The notes under the pieces were generated by a model. The model did no database searches. It saw nothing but the letters and a program-made list of their open reading frames with translations, and had not been told where the DNA came from. The position numbers and the translations under genes are program-made. 64,000 nucleotides of DNA from Candidatus Poribacteria bacterium. GTDB lineage: Bacteria > Poribacteria > WGA-4E > WGA-3G. Location of the stretch: NCBI GenBank assembly GCA_965205025.1, contig CBDBFU010000016.1, positions 23,356 to 87,355 on the forward strand, written 5' to 3'. Positions 21,073-31,489 of the stretch are shown here, in pieces (positions within the stretch are counted from its first letter, which is position 1; each line of letters begins with the position of its first letter).

Positions 21073-22756
21073 ACTCAATCCTAAACATCTCAAAACAATT
21101 AAATACATATTGGCTGAGTACATCCCAGGTTACGAGGTTCGTGCCTTTGGATCGCGTGTGAAGTGGACAGCGAAAGATTATTCCGACCTTGATCTTGTTG
21201 TTGTCGGAAGTAAGCCTTTAAACTTGAAACAGAGAAGCGAATTAGTAGAGGCATTTGAGGAATCCAATCTGCCATTTCGGGTTGATGTCTTAGATTGGCA
21301 ATCAATATCAGAAGGGTTCCGACAAGTGATATCGGAAAGATATGAGATAATTCAAAAAGCACAACTAGTTGACCAGAACGAAAATTCCGAAGGAATTAAT
21401 GGAAAATGGAGTACAAAAAGAGGATGGCGAGCAAAAACTTTTGGTGATTGTGCAACGTTGATCCGTGAGCCCGTTTCACCCTCTGATTTGGGTGATACTC
21501 CTTATATTGGACTTGAGCACATTGGAGAAAACACATTATCTCTCGTAGGACAAGGTATAGCAAGCGATGTCACGAGTACAAAGTCTCGTTTCAGAGAGGG
21601 TGATATCCTTTTTGGAAAATTGAGATGTTATTTCCGTAAGGTCGTTACAGCACCTTTTGATGGTGTATGTTCAACGGATATTTGGGTTACGCGCGCCAAA
21701 GAAGAAATAGATCAAAATTTCCTCTACTATTGTATGGCATCTCAATCTTTTGTTGACTTTGCAGATTCCGGCTCTGAAGGCACACGGATGCCGCGCGCTC
21801 AATGGGAATGGGTATCACGATACAGAATCCCTATACCGCCTCTATCTGAACAACGCCGCATCGCTCACATTCTCGGCACACTTGACGATAAAATCGAACT
21901 CAACCGACAGATGAATGAAACATTAGAGGCAACAGCGCGGGCAATTTTCAAGTCATGGTTTGTAGACTTTGACCCCGTGAAAGCAAAAATGGAGGGATGC
22001 GAACCCGTTGGTATGGACACTGAAGTGGCTGCGTTAATCTCATCCACGTTGCAAGATTCATCCCTCGGGAGGATTCCGAATGGATGGGAAGTCACTAGGT
22101 TTGTAGATTTAACCGATGTGGTTTTAGGTGGCGATTGGGGGAAATCTACAGAAATCGGTGATTGGTCGTGTCCTGTATTCTGCATCAGAGGTGCCGACGT
22201 ACCTAGTCTCCAAATTGGAGGTCTTGGGGATATGCCTATCCGGTATCTAAAAACATCAAGCTTAGCGAAGCGTCAGCTACAAAATGGGGATTTAGTAATT
22301 GAGATATCTGGTGGCGGTCCTACACAGTCAACGGGACGGACAATATTAATTAAAAAAGAATTGCTGGATCAACTTGAGTTTCCTTTAGTTTACTCTAATT
22401 TTTGCCGCGTTATTCGCCTGAAATCAGAAAACATGTCAAATTTTATCTATCTATGGTTTAGGGATCTCTATTCAAATGATAAATTTTTTCAGTACGAAAA
22501 TGGGACCACAGGAATAAAAAATTTCGCCTTCAAAGTCTTTGCAAAAGAGCAATACTTATGTATTCCACCTGTGTCTATAATAAATGCGTTTAATCGAACA
22601 GTTGAACCATTGTTCAAAATGCTTCAATTTAACGGAGAACAATCTCGCACGCTTGCCCAAACCCGAGACACGCTATTGCCAAAATTGCTGTCTGGGGAAA
22701 TTCGTGTAGACGAGGCAAATGAGATATTGGAGGTAACAGATGGCGAAAAATCCTAA
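21065..22756 (+). CDS. hsdS: MNT nucleotidyltransferase fused to type I R-M specificity subunit
   Basis: N-terminal ~100 aa contain GS-X10-DLD and SNLPFRVDV. Then HsdS features: IPPLSEQRRIAHILGTLDDKIELN, IFKSWFVDF, IPNGW, RDTLLPKLLSGEI. Confidence 0.9.
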   Translation: MIELNPKHLKTIKYILAEYIPGYEVRAFGSRVKWTAKDYSDLDLVVVGSKPLNLKQRSELVEAFEESNLPFRVDVLDWQSISEGFRQVISERYEIIQKAQLVDQNENSEGINGKWSTKRGWRAKTFGDCATLIREPVSPSDLGDTPYIGLEHIGENTLSLVGQGIASDVTSTKSRFREGDILFGKLRCYFRKVVTAPFDGVCSTDIWVTRAKEEIDQNFLYYCMASQSFVDFADSGSEGTRMPRAQWEWVSRYRIPIPPLSEQRRIAHILGTLDDKIELNRQMNETLEATARAIFKSWFVDFDPVKAKMEGCEPVGMDTEVAALISSTLQDSSLGRIPNGWEVTRFVDLTDVVLGGDWGKSTEIGDWSCPVFCIRGADVPSLQIGGLGDMPIRYLKTSSLAKRQLQNGDLVIEISGGGPTQSTGRTILIKKELLDQLEFPLVYSNFCRVIRLKSENMSNFIYLWFRDLYSNDKFFQYENGTTGIKNFAFKVFAKEQYLCIPPVSIINAFNRTVEPLFKMLQFNGEQSRTLAQTRDTLLPKLLSGEIRVDEANEILEVTDGEKS

Positions 22757-24245
22757 GGTATTTATTTCATACTCTCATGACTCTCCAGAGCATAAGCAGT
22801 GGGTATCCGAACTTGCTGCACGATTGCGTCATGACGGCATCGATGCAATACTCGACCAATGGGACCTCGGATTGGGAGATGATGTAACACGATTCATGGA
22901 ACGTGGCATTGTAGAGGCTGATAGGGTATTAGTAATTTGCACAGATCAGTACGTGACTAAAGCAAACGCCGAGGAAGGGGGTGTTGGTTATGAACGTATG
23001 ATTGTTAATAGTGAACTTGTGCAGAATTTAGGTACAGATAAATTCATACCAATCATTCGTAACTCATCAGGTAAAGAAAAAACACCAGCATTCTTAGGAA
23101 CAAGGGTTTATGCTGACTTTAGAGAAGACAATCAATTTGATGCAGAGTTTGAAAAATTAATTCGTGAACTCCACGAAATACCCATTGTAGAAAAACCACC
23201 ATTGGGAGAGAACCCGTTTCCTGCTGTAGAAATAAACACACAGTTGACAGAAATCCCTGCTAAGATTGGATCTGCTAATGAAGTATATATTACTGCTACA
23301 AAATTTATACGTGCTAGGGATACATTTGGTTGGCAGCTATTCTTAAAGAAGATTAGACCTAATGCTATAGAGACATTGAAACATTGGCGTCTAAGTGAAC
23401 TCAATAAATCAGGACAAGATAATATAGAACGCTGTAGAATTGTGGATCAGGCAGTTGAAATTATTTCATCACTAATGGTATTTACTTTAGCAGGAGTTGA
23501 ATCCGGACAAGAAGAATTTAGATACGAAAAAGAAATTATATATGAATTAACAAACCTTGCAAAACCTAACAGCATGGGTATTTACGATCATCTTTATCAA
23601 ACCCTAATCTATGTTTATCATAGTATACATGGAAGTCTTTGTTTAAGTACTAACCAAATTGACTGTGCCTTAAGTTTAGTTCAAGTTAAAACCAAAGATA
23701 TTTACAGAACGAACCACCGTTATATTTGGCAAGTACCTGAATATATGGGTTGGTCTAATTCATTTGGTAAAAAATATCTTGAAGGTTGGCAGTATTTAGT
23801 GAATGGTTTTGATAGATGGGAGTGGTTAGCTACGATTTTTGAAGGTGATTCAAAACTATATAGAACATCATTGGTAACATATTATATGGCTCTGAATATT
23901 CACGAATTAGCATCAATAATCGCTTCAAATAAGAATGAGAAAACAAGCGCGTATAATAGTATGCATCTTTCACCTGACAAGGTTCCATTGACTTTTTTGT
24001 TTGAAGATCAAGATATATATGAACAATCTATTTCTCTTTTGTCACGGAATCCAGATTCAGTATCAGAATTATGGACATGCTTAAATGTAACGCGTGAGGA
24101 TATGGTGAATATATGGAGAGAATGGATCAGGAACTCTGAATATTTGTTAGAGCAGGATTATAGAAGCAATCCCGATGTTAATATAAGAGTAGTGAGAAGA
24201 AACGTAGATCGTCATAGTAATTTATTCATGATGTTGCAATCTTAG
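22740..24245 (+). CDS. TIR/SEFIR-domain protein, paralogue 1
   Basis: KVFISYSHD...LDQWDL...GGVGYE...KFIPIIR, followed by a ~340-aa C-terminal domain. Confidence 0.85.
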   Translation: MAKNPKVFISYSHDSPEHKQWVSELAARLRHDGIDAILDQWDLGLGDDVTRFMERGIVEADRVLVICTDQYVTKANAEEGGVGYERMIVNSELVQNLGTDKFIPIIRNSSGKEKTPAFLGTRVYADFREDNQFDAEFEKLIRELHEIPIVEKPPLGENPFPAVEINTQLTEIPAKIGSANEVYITATKFIRARDTFGWQLFLKKIRPNAIETLKHWRLSELNKSGQDNIERCRIVDQAVEIISSLMVFTLAGVESGQEEFRYEKEIIYELTNLAKPNSMGIYDHLYQTLIYVYHSIHGSLCLSTNQIDCALSLVQVKTKDIYRTNHRYIWQVPEYMGWSNSFGKKYLEGWQYLVNGFDRWEWLATIFEGDSKLYRTSLVTYYMALNIHELASIIASNKNEKTSAYNSMHLSPDKVPLTFLFEDQDIYEQSISLLSRNPDSVSELWTCLNVTREDMVNIWREWIRNSEYLLEQDYRSNPDVNIRVVRRNVDRHSNLFMMLQS

Positions 24246-24355
24246 TGTAGTAATTAGCCGTTTTCTTAATTCATTTTTTCTGGTATAAGCTATAGTCAAT
24301 TAAGAAATGCCGAATTTAGTAAGTTGCATGGATTGACAGTTATTGAAGGATAAAG

Positions 24356-25876
24356 ATGTCTGAAAATCCAAAGGTTTTTATTTCATACTCTCACGATTCA
24401 CCAGAACATAAACAGTGGGTATCAGAACTCGCAGCGCGACTTCGCCATAGCGGAGTTGATGCAATACTCGATCAATGGGATCTTGGACTCGGGGACGATA
24501 TTACACGATTCATGGAACGGGGCATTGTGAACGCTAATAGGGTACTGGTTATATGCACGGACAAGTACGTGAGCAAGGCAAACGCCGAAGAAGGGGGTGT
24601 TGGTTATGAACGGATGATTGTAAATAGTGAACTTGTGAAGAATTTAGGAACCGATAAATTCATTCCTATCATTCGAAATTCATCGGATAAAGAAAAAACA
24701 CCAGCATTCTTAGGAACAAAGGTTTATGCTGACTTTAGAGAAGACAATCAATATGATGAAGAGTTTGAAAAATTAATTCGTGAACTCCACGAAATGCCGA
24801 TTATAGAGAAACCCCCTTTAGGAAAAAGTCCGTTTCCTACTGTAGAAATAGATACACAGTTGATAGAAATCCCTGAAGAAGTTCTATCTGTGCAAGAGGT
24901 ATATTTAACAGCTTCTAAACTGATTCGTGCAGGGGATACATTTGGATGGCGTGAACTTATTAAAAAGATTCGACCAACCGTTTTTAAGGATTTAGTCCAA
25001 TGGCGACAAAATGAATTGAATGGAAAAAATCCAGAAAACAAAGAACAATTGGTTCAGATTGTGGATAAAGCCGTTGAAATTATTTCCCCTTTAATGGTAG
25101 TTGCTTTAGCAGGTGTCGAATCTGGTAGAGAGGAATTTCGAGACCAAAAAGCTTTTCTTGATGACCTGCTAAATATAACTGGATGGAATAGTGATGAGAA
25201 CAGAGAGTGGATACGTCTTCCTTATGCTTTAGGATATGTATATCATAGTTTGCACGGGTGCGTTGGTTTGGGTACAAATCAAATAGACCTTGCTCTTGAG
25301 CTTGCCTCGGTTAAAATTCCTGATAAATACAATAGAAAAGAACTCATTCATGTTTGGAAGCTATCTGAGTTTGTAGGATGGGCAGACTCCTTTGGTCCAG
25401 ATTGTACAAAAGGGTGGGAATATTTAGCCAATGCGTATAAAAGATGGGAATGGCTATCTCTCATATTTGAGAATGACTTAGAATACCGTGCATCATTAGT
25501 GGCATATTACATGACACTCAATATTCATGAATTTGCAGCAAAAATTGCATTGTACCAGAAAGAAAACTTAACAAGAACTTACAATTCGACATCTCCCTTT
25601 GACTTTGATGTCCCCCTCACTTTTATGACTGAAACCACAAAAATATATGAACGAGCACAATTTCTTTTACTACGGCATCCAGACTCAGTTTCTGAATTAT
25701 GGACAAAATTAGATGTTACACAGAAACAGCTACATGACTTTTGGAACAATTGGGTTGGTCAATTTAACAGTTGGTTAGGAAATATTTATAGAGAGGCACC
25801 AGTTAGTGTTAATCGTGCCAATTTTTCAAGGAACATTATATACCATCGGGATTTTCTTAAGATGTTGCAACAGTAA
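24356..25876 (+). CDS. TIR/SEFIR-domain protein, paralogue 2
   Basis: TIR/SEFIR N-terminus nearly identical to paralogue 1, diverged C-terminus. Confidence 0.85.
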   Translation: MSENPKVFISYSHDSPEHKQWVSELAARLRHSGVDAILDQWDLGLGDDITRFMERGIVNANRVLVICTDKYVSKANAEEGGVGYERMIVNSELVKNLGTDKFIPIIRNSSDKEKTPAFLGTKVYADFREDNQYDEEFEKLIRELHEMPIIEKPPLGKSPFPTVEIDTQLIEIPEEVLSVQEVYLTASKLIRAGDTFGWRELIKKIRPTVFKDLVQWRQNELNGKNPENKEQLVQIVDKAVEIISPLMVVALAGVESGREEFRDQKAFLDDLLNITGWNSDENREWIRLPYALGYVYHSLHGCVGLGTNQIDLALELASVKIPDKYNRKELIHVWKLSEFVGWADSFGPDCTKGWEYLANAYKRWEWLSLIFENDLEYRASLVAYYMTLNIHEFAAKIALYQKENLTRTYNSTSPFDFDVPLTFMTETTKIYERAQFLLLRHPDSVSELWTKLDVTQKQLHDFWNNWVGQFNSWLGNIYREAPVSVNRANFSRNIIYHRDFLKMLQQ

Positions 25877-25980
25877 ACTTTGCTTGCAGAGACACCTAAT
25901 AACTCATTAATTCCCATTTCAACGTTTGAACTGTAAGTAAATGTTGTAATCATTTTGTAATAATCAGAGATATAGTAAAT

Positions 25981-27477
25981 ATGACAGAACATCCAAAAGT
26001 TTTTATATCCTATTCCCATGATTCCCCTGAACATAAACAGTGGGTATCCGAACTTGCTGCACAATTGCGTAACAATGGAATTGATGTCATACTTGACCAA
26101 TGGGACCTTGGTTATGGTGATGATTTTCCACAATTCATGCAACGAGGAATCGTTGAAGCTAATAGAGTTTTGGTTGTTTGTACTGATGAATATGTAACCA
26201 AGGCAAATAAAGGTGTAGGTGGTACTGGTTACGAATGCATGATTGTTAACGCGGAACTTGTCAAGAATTTAGGTACAGATAAATTCATACCTATCATTCG
26301 TCAGTCATCAGGAAATGACATAACCCCAATCTTTTTAGGTACGAAAGTTTACGCAGACTTTAGAATAGACAAGGAATTTGATGAAGAGTGTGTAAAATTA
26401 TGCCGTGAAATTCACAATATGCCTATTGTAGATAAACCACCTTTGGGAAAGAATCCGTTTCCTACCATTAAATTAGACCCACAATTGACTGATATTCCTG
26501 AGGAAGTTCTATCTGTGCAGGAGGCATATTCAACTGCTACTAAACTCATTAGGGCAGGGGATACATTTGGATGGCGTGAACTTATTAAAAAGATGCGTCC
26601 AAAGGTTTTTAAGGATTTAGTTCAATGGCGAGAAAAAGAATTGGATGGACAAAAGCCGGAAAGCAAAGAACAATTAGTCCAGACTGTGGATAAAGCCGTT
26701 GAAATTATTTCTCCTTTAATGGTTGTGGCATTAGCGGGAGTCGAATCTGGTAGAGAGGAATTTCGAGACCAAAAAGCTTTTCTTGATGACCTGCAAAACA
26801 TTGTAGGTTGGAAATCTGCTGGGTACGATGCATGGATACAACTGCCAAAAGCCTTAGGGTACGTGTATCATAGCATGCATGGAGGAGTCTGTCTGAGTAC
26901 AAATCAGATAGACCTTGCACTCGGTCTAGCCCAAATCAAAATTCCTGTCGCTGGTGGTACAAAGTTTTTCCCATTATGGGAAATGAGTGAATTTAGGGGA
27001 TATGCATATTCAATTAGTGGTACTCGAGGTGGAAATTGTCTTGAAAGTTGGAGCTATTTAACCAATGCCTATGATAGATGGGGATGGTTATCCTCATTTT
27101 ATGAAGATAAATTGGCATATCAATCATCATTAGTGGCATATTATATGGCATTGAATATTCACGAATTAGCATCGGTTATCTCATTAGGCAGGGAGGATAT
27201 GTTACAATCAACATCCGAACCATATTTTCAGATTCCGTTGACTTTTCTAACTGAAGACTATAATACCACTAAGAAAGCAATTTCTTTACTTAGAAATGAT
27301 CCAAATACTCTGTCAGTTCTATGGGAAAGTTTAAGGGTTGAACATAAGAAAATCGAAAGTTTATGGGAAAATTGGATTGACTTATCTGAAAGAGCTTTGA
27401 TAAGATCAATGTCCTTTAATGAAACAACTCTTATAAATCTTGCTGATCTTTATCGTTATCTCTTTAAAGGCATGTAA
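25981..27477 (+). CDS. TIR/SEFIR-domain protein, paralogue 3
   Basis: Same N-terminal domain (GGTGYE). Middle region is closest to paralogue 2. Confidence 0.85.
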   Translation: MTEHPKVFISYSHDSPEHKQWVSELAAQLRNNGIDVILDQWDLGYGDDFPQFMQRGIVEANRVLVVCTDEYVTKANKGVGGTGYECMIVNAELVKNLGTDKFIPIIRQSSGNDITPIFLGTKVYADFRIDKEFDEECVKLCREIHNMPIVDKPPLGKNPFPTIKLDPQLTDIPEEVLSVQEAYSTATKLIRAGDTFGWRELIKKMRPKVFKDLVQWREKELDGQKPESKEQLVQTVDKAVEIISPLMVVALAGVESGREEFRDQKAFLDDLQNIVGWKSAGYDAWIQLPKALGYVYHSMHGGVCLSTNQIDLALGLAQIKIPVAGGTKFFPLWEMSEFRGYAYSISGTRGGNCLESWSYLTNAYDRWGWLSSFYEDKLAYQSSLVAYYMALNIHELASVISLGREDMLQSTSEPYFQIPLTFLTEDYNTTKKAISLLRNDPNTLSVLWESLRVEHKKIESLWENWIDLSERALIRSMSFNETTLINLADLYRYLFKGM

Positions 27478-27549
27478 TTACAATTAGGAGATAAACACAA
27501 ACCACAAGTTTATGTCTGGTTAATAAGATACGATCCAAAATTTAAAAAC

Positions 27550-30500
27550 ATGAATCTCAATACAATCCACGAATCCGATATTGAAGAATCTACCCTTCAA
27601 TGGTTTTCCGATTTAGATTATGCTGTATTACACGGTCCAGATATAGCACCAGACTCCCCTAATGCAGAACGTTCTTCATACAAAGATGTTGTACTGAAAC
27701 AACGACTACATGATGTTGTTACCCGTCTTAATCCTACGATCCCTTCTGATACACTACAAGAAGCAATCAATAAAATCCTCAATCCAAATTCCCAAGTGTT
27801 AGTACAAAACAACAACACTTTCCACTCAATGTTAATTGGTGGCATAGAAGTGGAATATCGACAAGAAGATGGAAGCATACGTGGGGATCGTGCCAAACTA
27901 ATTGATTTTGAAACACCTGAAAACAACGATTGGCTTGTAGTAAATCAGTTTACTGTTGCAGACGAATCCAATTGTCGGCCAGACATTGTAGTTTTCATCA
28001 ATGGACTTCCATTAGCAGTGATTGAACTCAAGAATCCTACAGATGAATCAGCGACAATTACCAGTGCATTTCACCAAATACAAACATATAAAAAGGAAAT
28101 ACCATCTATTTTCGCTTATAATGAAGTTATAGTTATCTCAGATGGATTAGAGGCACGTATCGGTTCTCTAACTGCAGACAAGGAATGGTTTTTACCTTGG
28201 CGAACAATAGAAGGGGATGAGGAGGCTGCTCCAACTGAATTAGAATTAGAAGTTTTAATAAATGGGGTTTTTCAAAAGAAACGTCTCTTAGAATATTTAA
28301 GACATTTCATCGTCTATGAAGAAACTGACAACGGTTCAATTGCAAAGAAGATTGCTGGTTACCACCAATTCCATGCTGTCCAAACTGCTGTTGAAGCTAC
28401 AATTAAAGCATCAGGTGTGGATGGGGATAAACAGTGTGGGGTTGTATGGCATACACAAGGTTCCGGTAAAAGCTTAACAATGGCTTTTTATGCAGGGAGT
28501 ATCATTCAACGTCCGGAAATGGAAAACCCCACAATTGTGGTAATTACAGATCTAAACGACCTTGACGATCAACTATTCGGTACATTCGCCCGTTGTAATC
28601 AACTCCTTAGACAAAAACCTGTGCAAGCACAAGACAGAAAACACTTAAGGGAACTCCTACAAGTAGCATCTGGGGGTGTGATCTTTAGTACAATTCATAA
28701 GTTCTTTCCAGAAGAGGAGGAAACGTACTTTCCACAACTATCAGACAGACGTAACATTATCGTTATTGCTGACGAAGCACACCGTAGTCAATACGGGTTT
28801 ATTGATGGTTTTGCACGGCATCTACGTGACGCAATTCCAAATGCTTCATTCATAGGTTTTACTGGGACACCTATCGAACTTGCAGATAGAAATACAGTAG
28901 CCGTATTTGGTGATTACATTAGTATATACGATATTCAGCAAGCGGTTGATGATGGTGCTACTGTTCCTATTTACTACGAAAGTCGACTTGCTAAAATTGA
29001 AATGGATGAAGATGAAAAACCACATATTGATCCTGAATTTGAAGAATTAACTGAAGCTGAAGAAGTAGCAGAAAAAGAGAAATTAAAATCTAAATGGGCA
29101 CAGATGGAAGCATTGGTCGGAACTGAAAAGAGAATTGGACTTGTTGCTGATGATATAATTTCACACTTTGAGGAACGATTAGAAACTATGGACGGAAAAG
29201 GGATGATTGTTTGTATGAGTCGTAGAATCTGTGTGGATCTATATAATGCCATTATCAAACGCAGACCAGACTGGCATGACGACAATGATAAGAAAGGAAT
29301 TATAAAAGTAATAATGACAGGTTCATCGTCGGATGATGAGTCATGGCAACAGCATATCCGAAACAAAAAACGTAGAGAACAATTGGCAACTCAATTTAAG
29401 GATTCGAGTGAAGCATTCAAACTTGTTATAGTTCGTGACATGTGGTTAACAGGATTCGATGCCCCAAGTCTTCATACAATGTATGTAGACAAACCAATGC
29501 AGGGACATGGACTAATGCAAGCAATCGCTCGTGTTAATCGCGTATTTAAAGATAAACCTGGGGGTTTAATCGTTGACTACATTGGACTTGCATATCATTT
29601 AAAACAAGCATTGAGTAATTACACCAGAAGCGGTGGCAAAGGAAAAGCAACATTAAACAAAGAGGAAGCAGTGGCTGTCATGCTTGAAAAACACGAAATC
29701 TGCTGTGACCTTTTTCATGGATTCGACTGGACATTATGGTCAACTGGTACTCCCGCGGATCGAATAAAATTACTCCCTGCTGCTCAAGAACATATCTTAC
29801 AACAAGAGAATGGAAAAAATCGTCTACTTGAAACTGTTTCTGCTTTGACAAAAGCATTCGCGCTTGCTGTTCCACATGAAAAGACAATTGAGATACGTGA
29901 CGATGTAGGATTTTTCCAAACAGTTCGTAAAATTTTGTCAAAACGCAGTATTGACGAAGAGACACAGTTGGAATCTACTGACGAAGCAATTAAGCAATTA
30001 GTATCCAAATCAGTAGTGCCTGAAGGAGTAGTAGATATTTTTGCAGCCGCAGGATTAAATAAACCAGATATCTCAATTCTATCGGAAGAATTTCTTGATG
30101 AAGTAAAAGATCTACCACAAAGAAACTTAGCAGTTGAACTACTTGAAAAACTTCTGAAGGGTGAAATTAGGTCCCGTTCAGATAAAAACGTCGTTCAGGC
30201 ACGGTCATTTGCTGAAATGTTAGAACGTTCAATTCGTAATTATCAGAATCGAAGTATTGAGGCTGCACAAGTTATTGAACATCTAATCGAAATTGCAAAT
30301 GAGATGCGCGAAGCACAAGAACGGGGTGATGAATTAGGACTATCTGAAGATGAATTGGCTTTCTACGATGCTCTTGAAACAAATGATAGTGCTGTTCAGG
30401 TATTGGGAGATGAAACTCTAAGAACCATTGCAATTGAACTGGTGGAAAACGTCCGTAAAAATGTATCCATTGACTGGACATTAAAAGACAGTGTAAAAGC

Positions 30501-30624
30501 TCAGATAAGGTTAATTATTAAACGTATTCTACGTAACCACGGATACCCACCAGACAGAGAAGAGAAAGCTACTCAAACTGTTATAGAACAGGCAGAAGTA
30601 TTGTGTCATAATTGGGAATATTAA
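27550..30624 (+). CDS. hsdR: type I restriction endonuclease R subunit
   Basis: Motifs: [51 protein letters not shown]. Confidence 0.96.
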   Translation: MNLNTIHESDIEESTLQWFSDLDYAVLHGPDIAPDSPNAERSSYKDVVLKQRLHDVVTRLNPTIPSDTLQEAINKILNPNSQVLVQNNNTFHSMLIGGIEVEYRQEDGSIRGDRAKLIDFETPENNDWLVVNQFTVADESNCRPDIVVFINGLPLAVIELKNPTDESATITSAFHQIQTYKKEIPSIFAYNEVIVISDGLEARIGSLTADKEWFLPWRTIEGDEEAAPTELELEVLINGVFQKKRLLEYLRHFIVYEETDNGSIAKKIAGYHQFHAVQTAVEATIKASGVDGDKQCGVVWHTQGSGKSLTMAFYAGSIIQRPEMENPTIVVITDLNDLDDQLFGTFARCNQLLRQKPVQAQDRKHLRELLQVASGGVIFSTIHKFFPEEEETYFPQLSDRRNIIVIADEAHRSQYGFIDGFARHLRDAIPNASFIGFTGTPIELADRNTVAVFGDYISIYDIQQAVDDGATVPIYYESRLAKIEMDEDEKPHIDPEFEELTEAEEVAEKEKLKSKWAQMEALVGTEKRIGLVADDIISHFEERLETMDGKGMIVCMSRRICVDLYNAIIKRRPDWHDDNDKKGIIKVIMTGSSSDDESWQQHIRNKKRREQLATQFKDSSEAFKLVIVRDMWLTGFDAPSLHTMYVDKPMQGHGLMQAIARVNRVFKDKPGGLIVDYIGLAYHLKQALSNYTRSGGKGKATLNKEEAVAVMLEKHEICCDLFHGFDWTLWSTGTPADRIKLLPAAQEHILQQENGKNRLLETVSALTKAFALAVPHEKTIEIRDDVGFFQTVRKILSKRSIDEETQLESTDEAIKQLVSKSVVPEGVVDIFAAAGLNKPDISILSEEFLDEVKDLPQRNLAVELLEKLLKGEIRSRSDKNVVQARSFAEMLERSIRNYQNRSIEAAQVIEHLIEIANEMREAQERGDELGLSEDELAFYDALETNDSAVQVLGDETLRTIAIELVENVRKNVSIDWTLKDSVKAQIRLIIKRILRNHGYPPDREEKATQTVIEQAEVLCHNWEY

Positions 30625-30780
30625 ACCGACGATATAAACAGAATACCTAATTTACATTCTGTGTTTCATTACAATCCTTAGTCAATTTCTACCTTATTCA
30701 TCCCTGTCTTCTTTCCAACTAATTAATGTTCCAGACCACATTCCTAAGATATTTGCACATTCCTCAATGTTCTCTATAGA

Positions 30781-30872
30781 AATCGGAGAATAAGTCTTGC
30801 TTCTTTTTAGAATGTGTAAATGTGTTCATAATCAATAAGAATAACACATTTTGTAATTTTGCGTAAGTCCTG
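30781..30872 (-). mobile_element. truncated left end of the same IS701 element
   Basis: Reverse complement matches 9359-9450 (TIR plus first transposase codons) almost perfectly. Confidence 0.88.
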
Positions 30873-31127
30873 TTAAAGTATACCACACCACCAGTTACAT
30901 TAACCTGCGTCTGATCAAATAAAACTATAAAATAATTTCAAAATTAATAAAATGATTTGGATTAATCACAATGAACAATGATATAATTCTCATAATGCAG
31001 GACTGACCCCATCCTCGGTGGTGGGTGTAGGTTCTGCTCTTCTATCCTTCCAGTCTTGCCCCTTCCATTTCCACTATCATCCTCCGAATCTTCCTCTATC
31101 CTTCTAATCTTCCATCCTTCCACATTC

Positions 31128-31204
31128 TAAATGAAAAGCTTATTGACATTTATAAATGAAAAGCTTATTGACATTTATAAATGAAAAAGTGTATACTTTA
31201 TAAT
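31128..31204 (+). promoter_or_regulatory. sigma70 promoter driving the tandem RNAs, with a 25-bp tandem duplication of its -35 region
   Basis: TTGACA at 31143 and 31168, TATACT at 31192-31197, TATAAT at 31199-31204. Unit 1 begins at 31211. Confidence 0.7.
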
Positions 31205-31210
31205 AGACAC

Positions 31211-31310
31211 CAGAAGTAAAATAGCAGCCGAAAACTGTTGCGTATGCCATGCTGCCTCTTGGCCGGCTAAGAGGATAGGTTGCCCACCTTCTCACCAAGG
31301 TGGTTTTCTG
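31211..31310 (+). ncRNA. structured 100-nt RNA unit 1 (DUF3800-associated)
   Basis: Closing stem CAGAA/TTCTG and three hairpins. Repeated at 31347-31446 with compensatory changes. G-U pairs favour the + strand. Confidence 0.8.
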
Positions 31311-31346
31311 CCGGAGAACGGTCATTTAAAAACATTAGATGAGAAT

Positions 31347-31446
31347 CAGAAGTAAAATAGCAGCCGAAAACTGTTGCGTATGCCAAGCTGCTTACCGACC
31401 AGTCGGTAAGATAGGTTGCCCACCTCTTCACCGAGGTGGTTTTCTG
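31347..31446 (+). ncRNA. structured 100-nt RNA unit 2 (DUF3800-associated)
   Basis: Same scaffold as unit 1. Hairpin CTTACCGA-CCAG-TCGGTAAG replaces CCTCTTGG-CCGG-CTAAGAGG. Confidence 0.8.
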
Positions 31447-31456
31447 TAGTTTGTTT

Positions 31457-31489
31457 AATAGGGTAGAGCCGTGTGCTCTGCCCTATTTA
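31457..31489. terminator. hairpin between the convergent RNA array and the DUF3800 gene, probably bidirectional terminator
   Basis: AATAGGGTAGAGC-CGTGT-GCTCTGCCCTATT, with A/T-rich flanks on both sides. Confidence 0.7.

Noticed and set aside
22740-27477. Calling the TIR genes a Thoeris or CBASS system
   Set aside because: No ThsA (SIR2/Macro/TM) effector or cyclase in the window.
31140-31325. 61-aa minus-strand ORF over RNA unit 1
   Set aside because: Not preserved in unit 2. The variation pattern preserves base pairs, not codons.
31211-31446. Tandem units as a CRISPR array or hammerhead ribozyme
   Set aside because: Units are 100 nt with an internal self-complementary variable part, unlike repeat-spacer geometry. 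There is no CUGANGA core.
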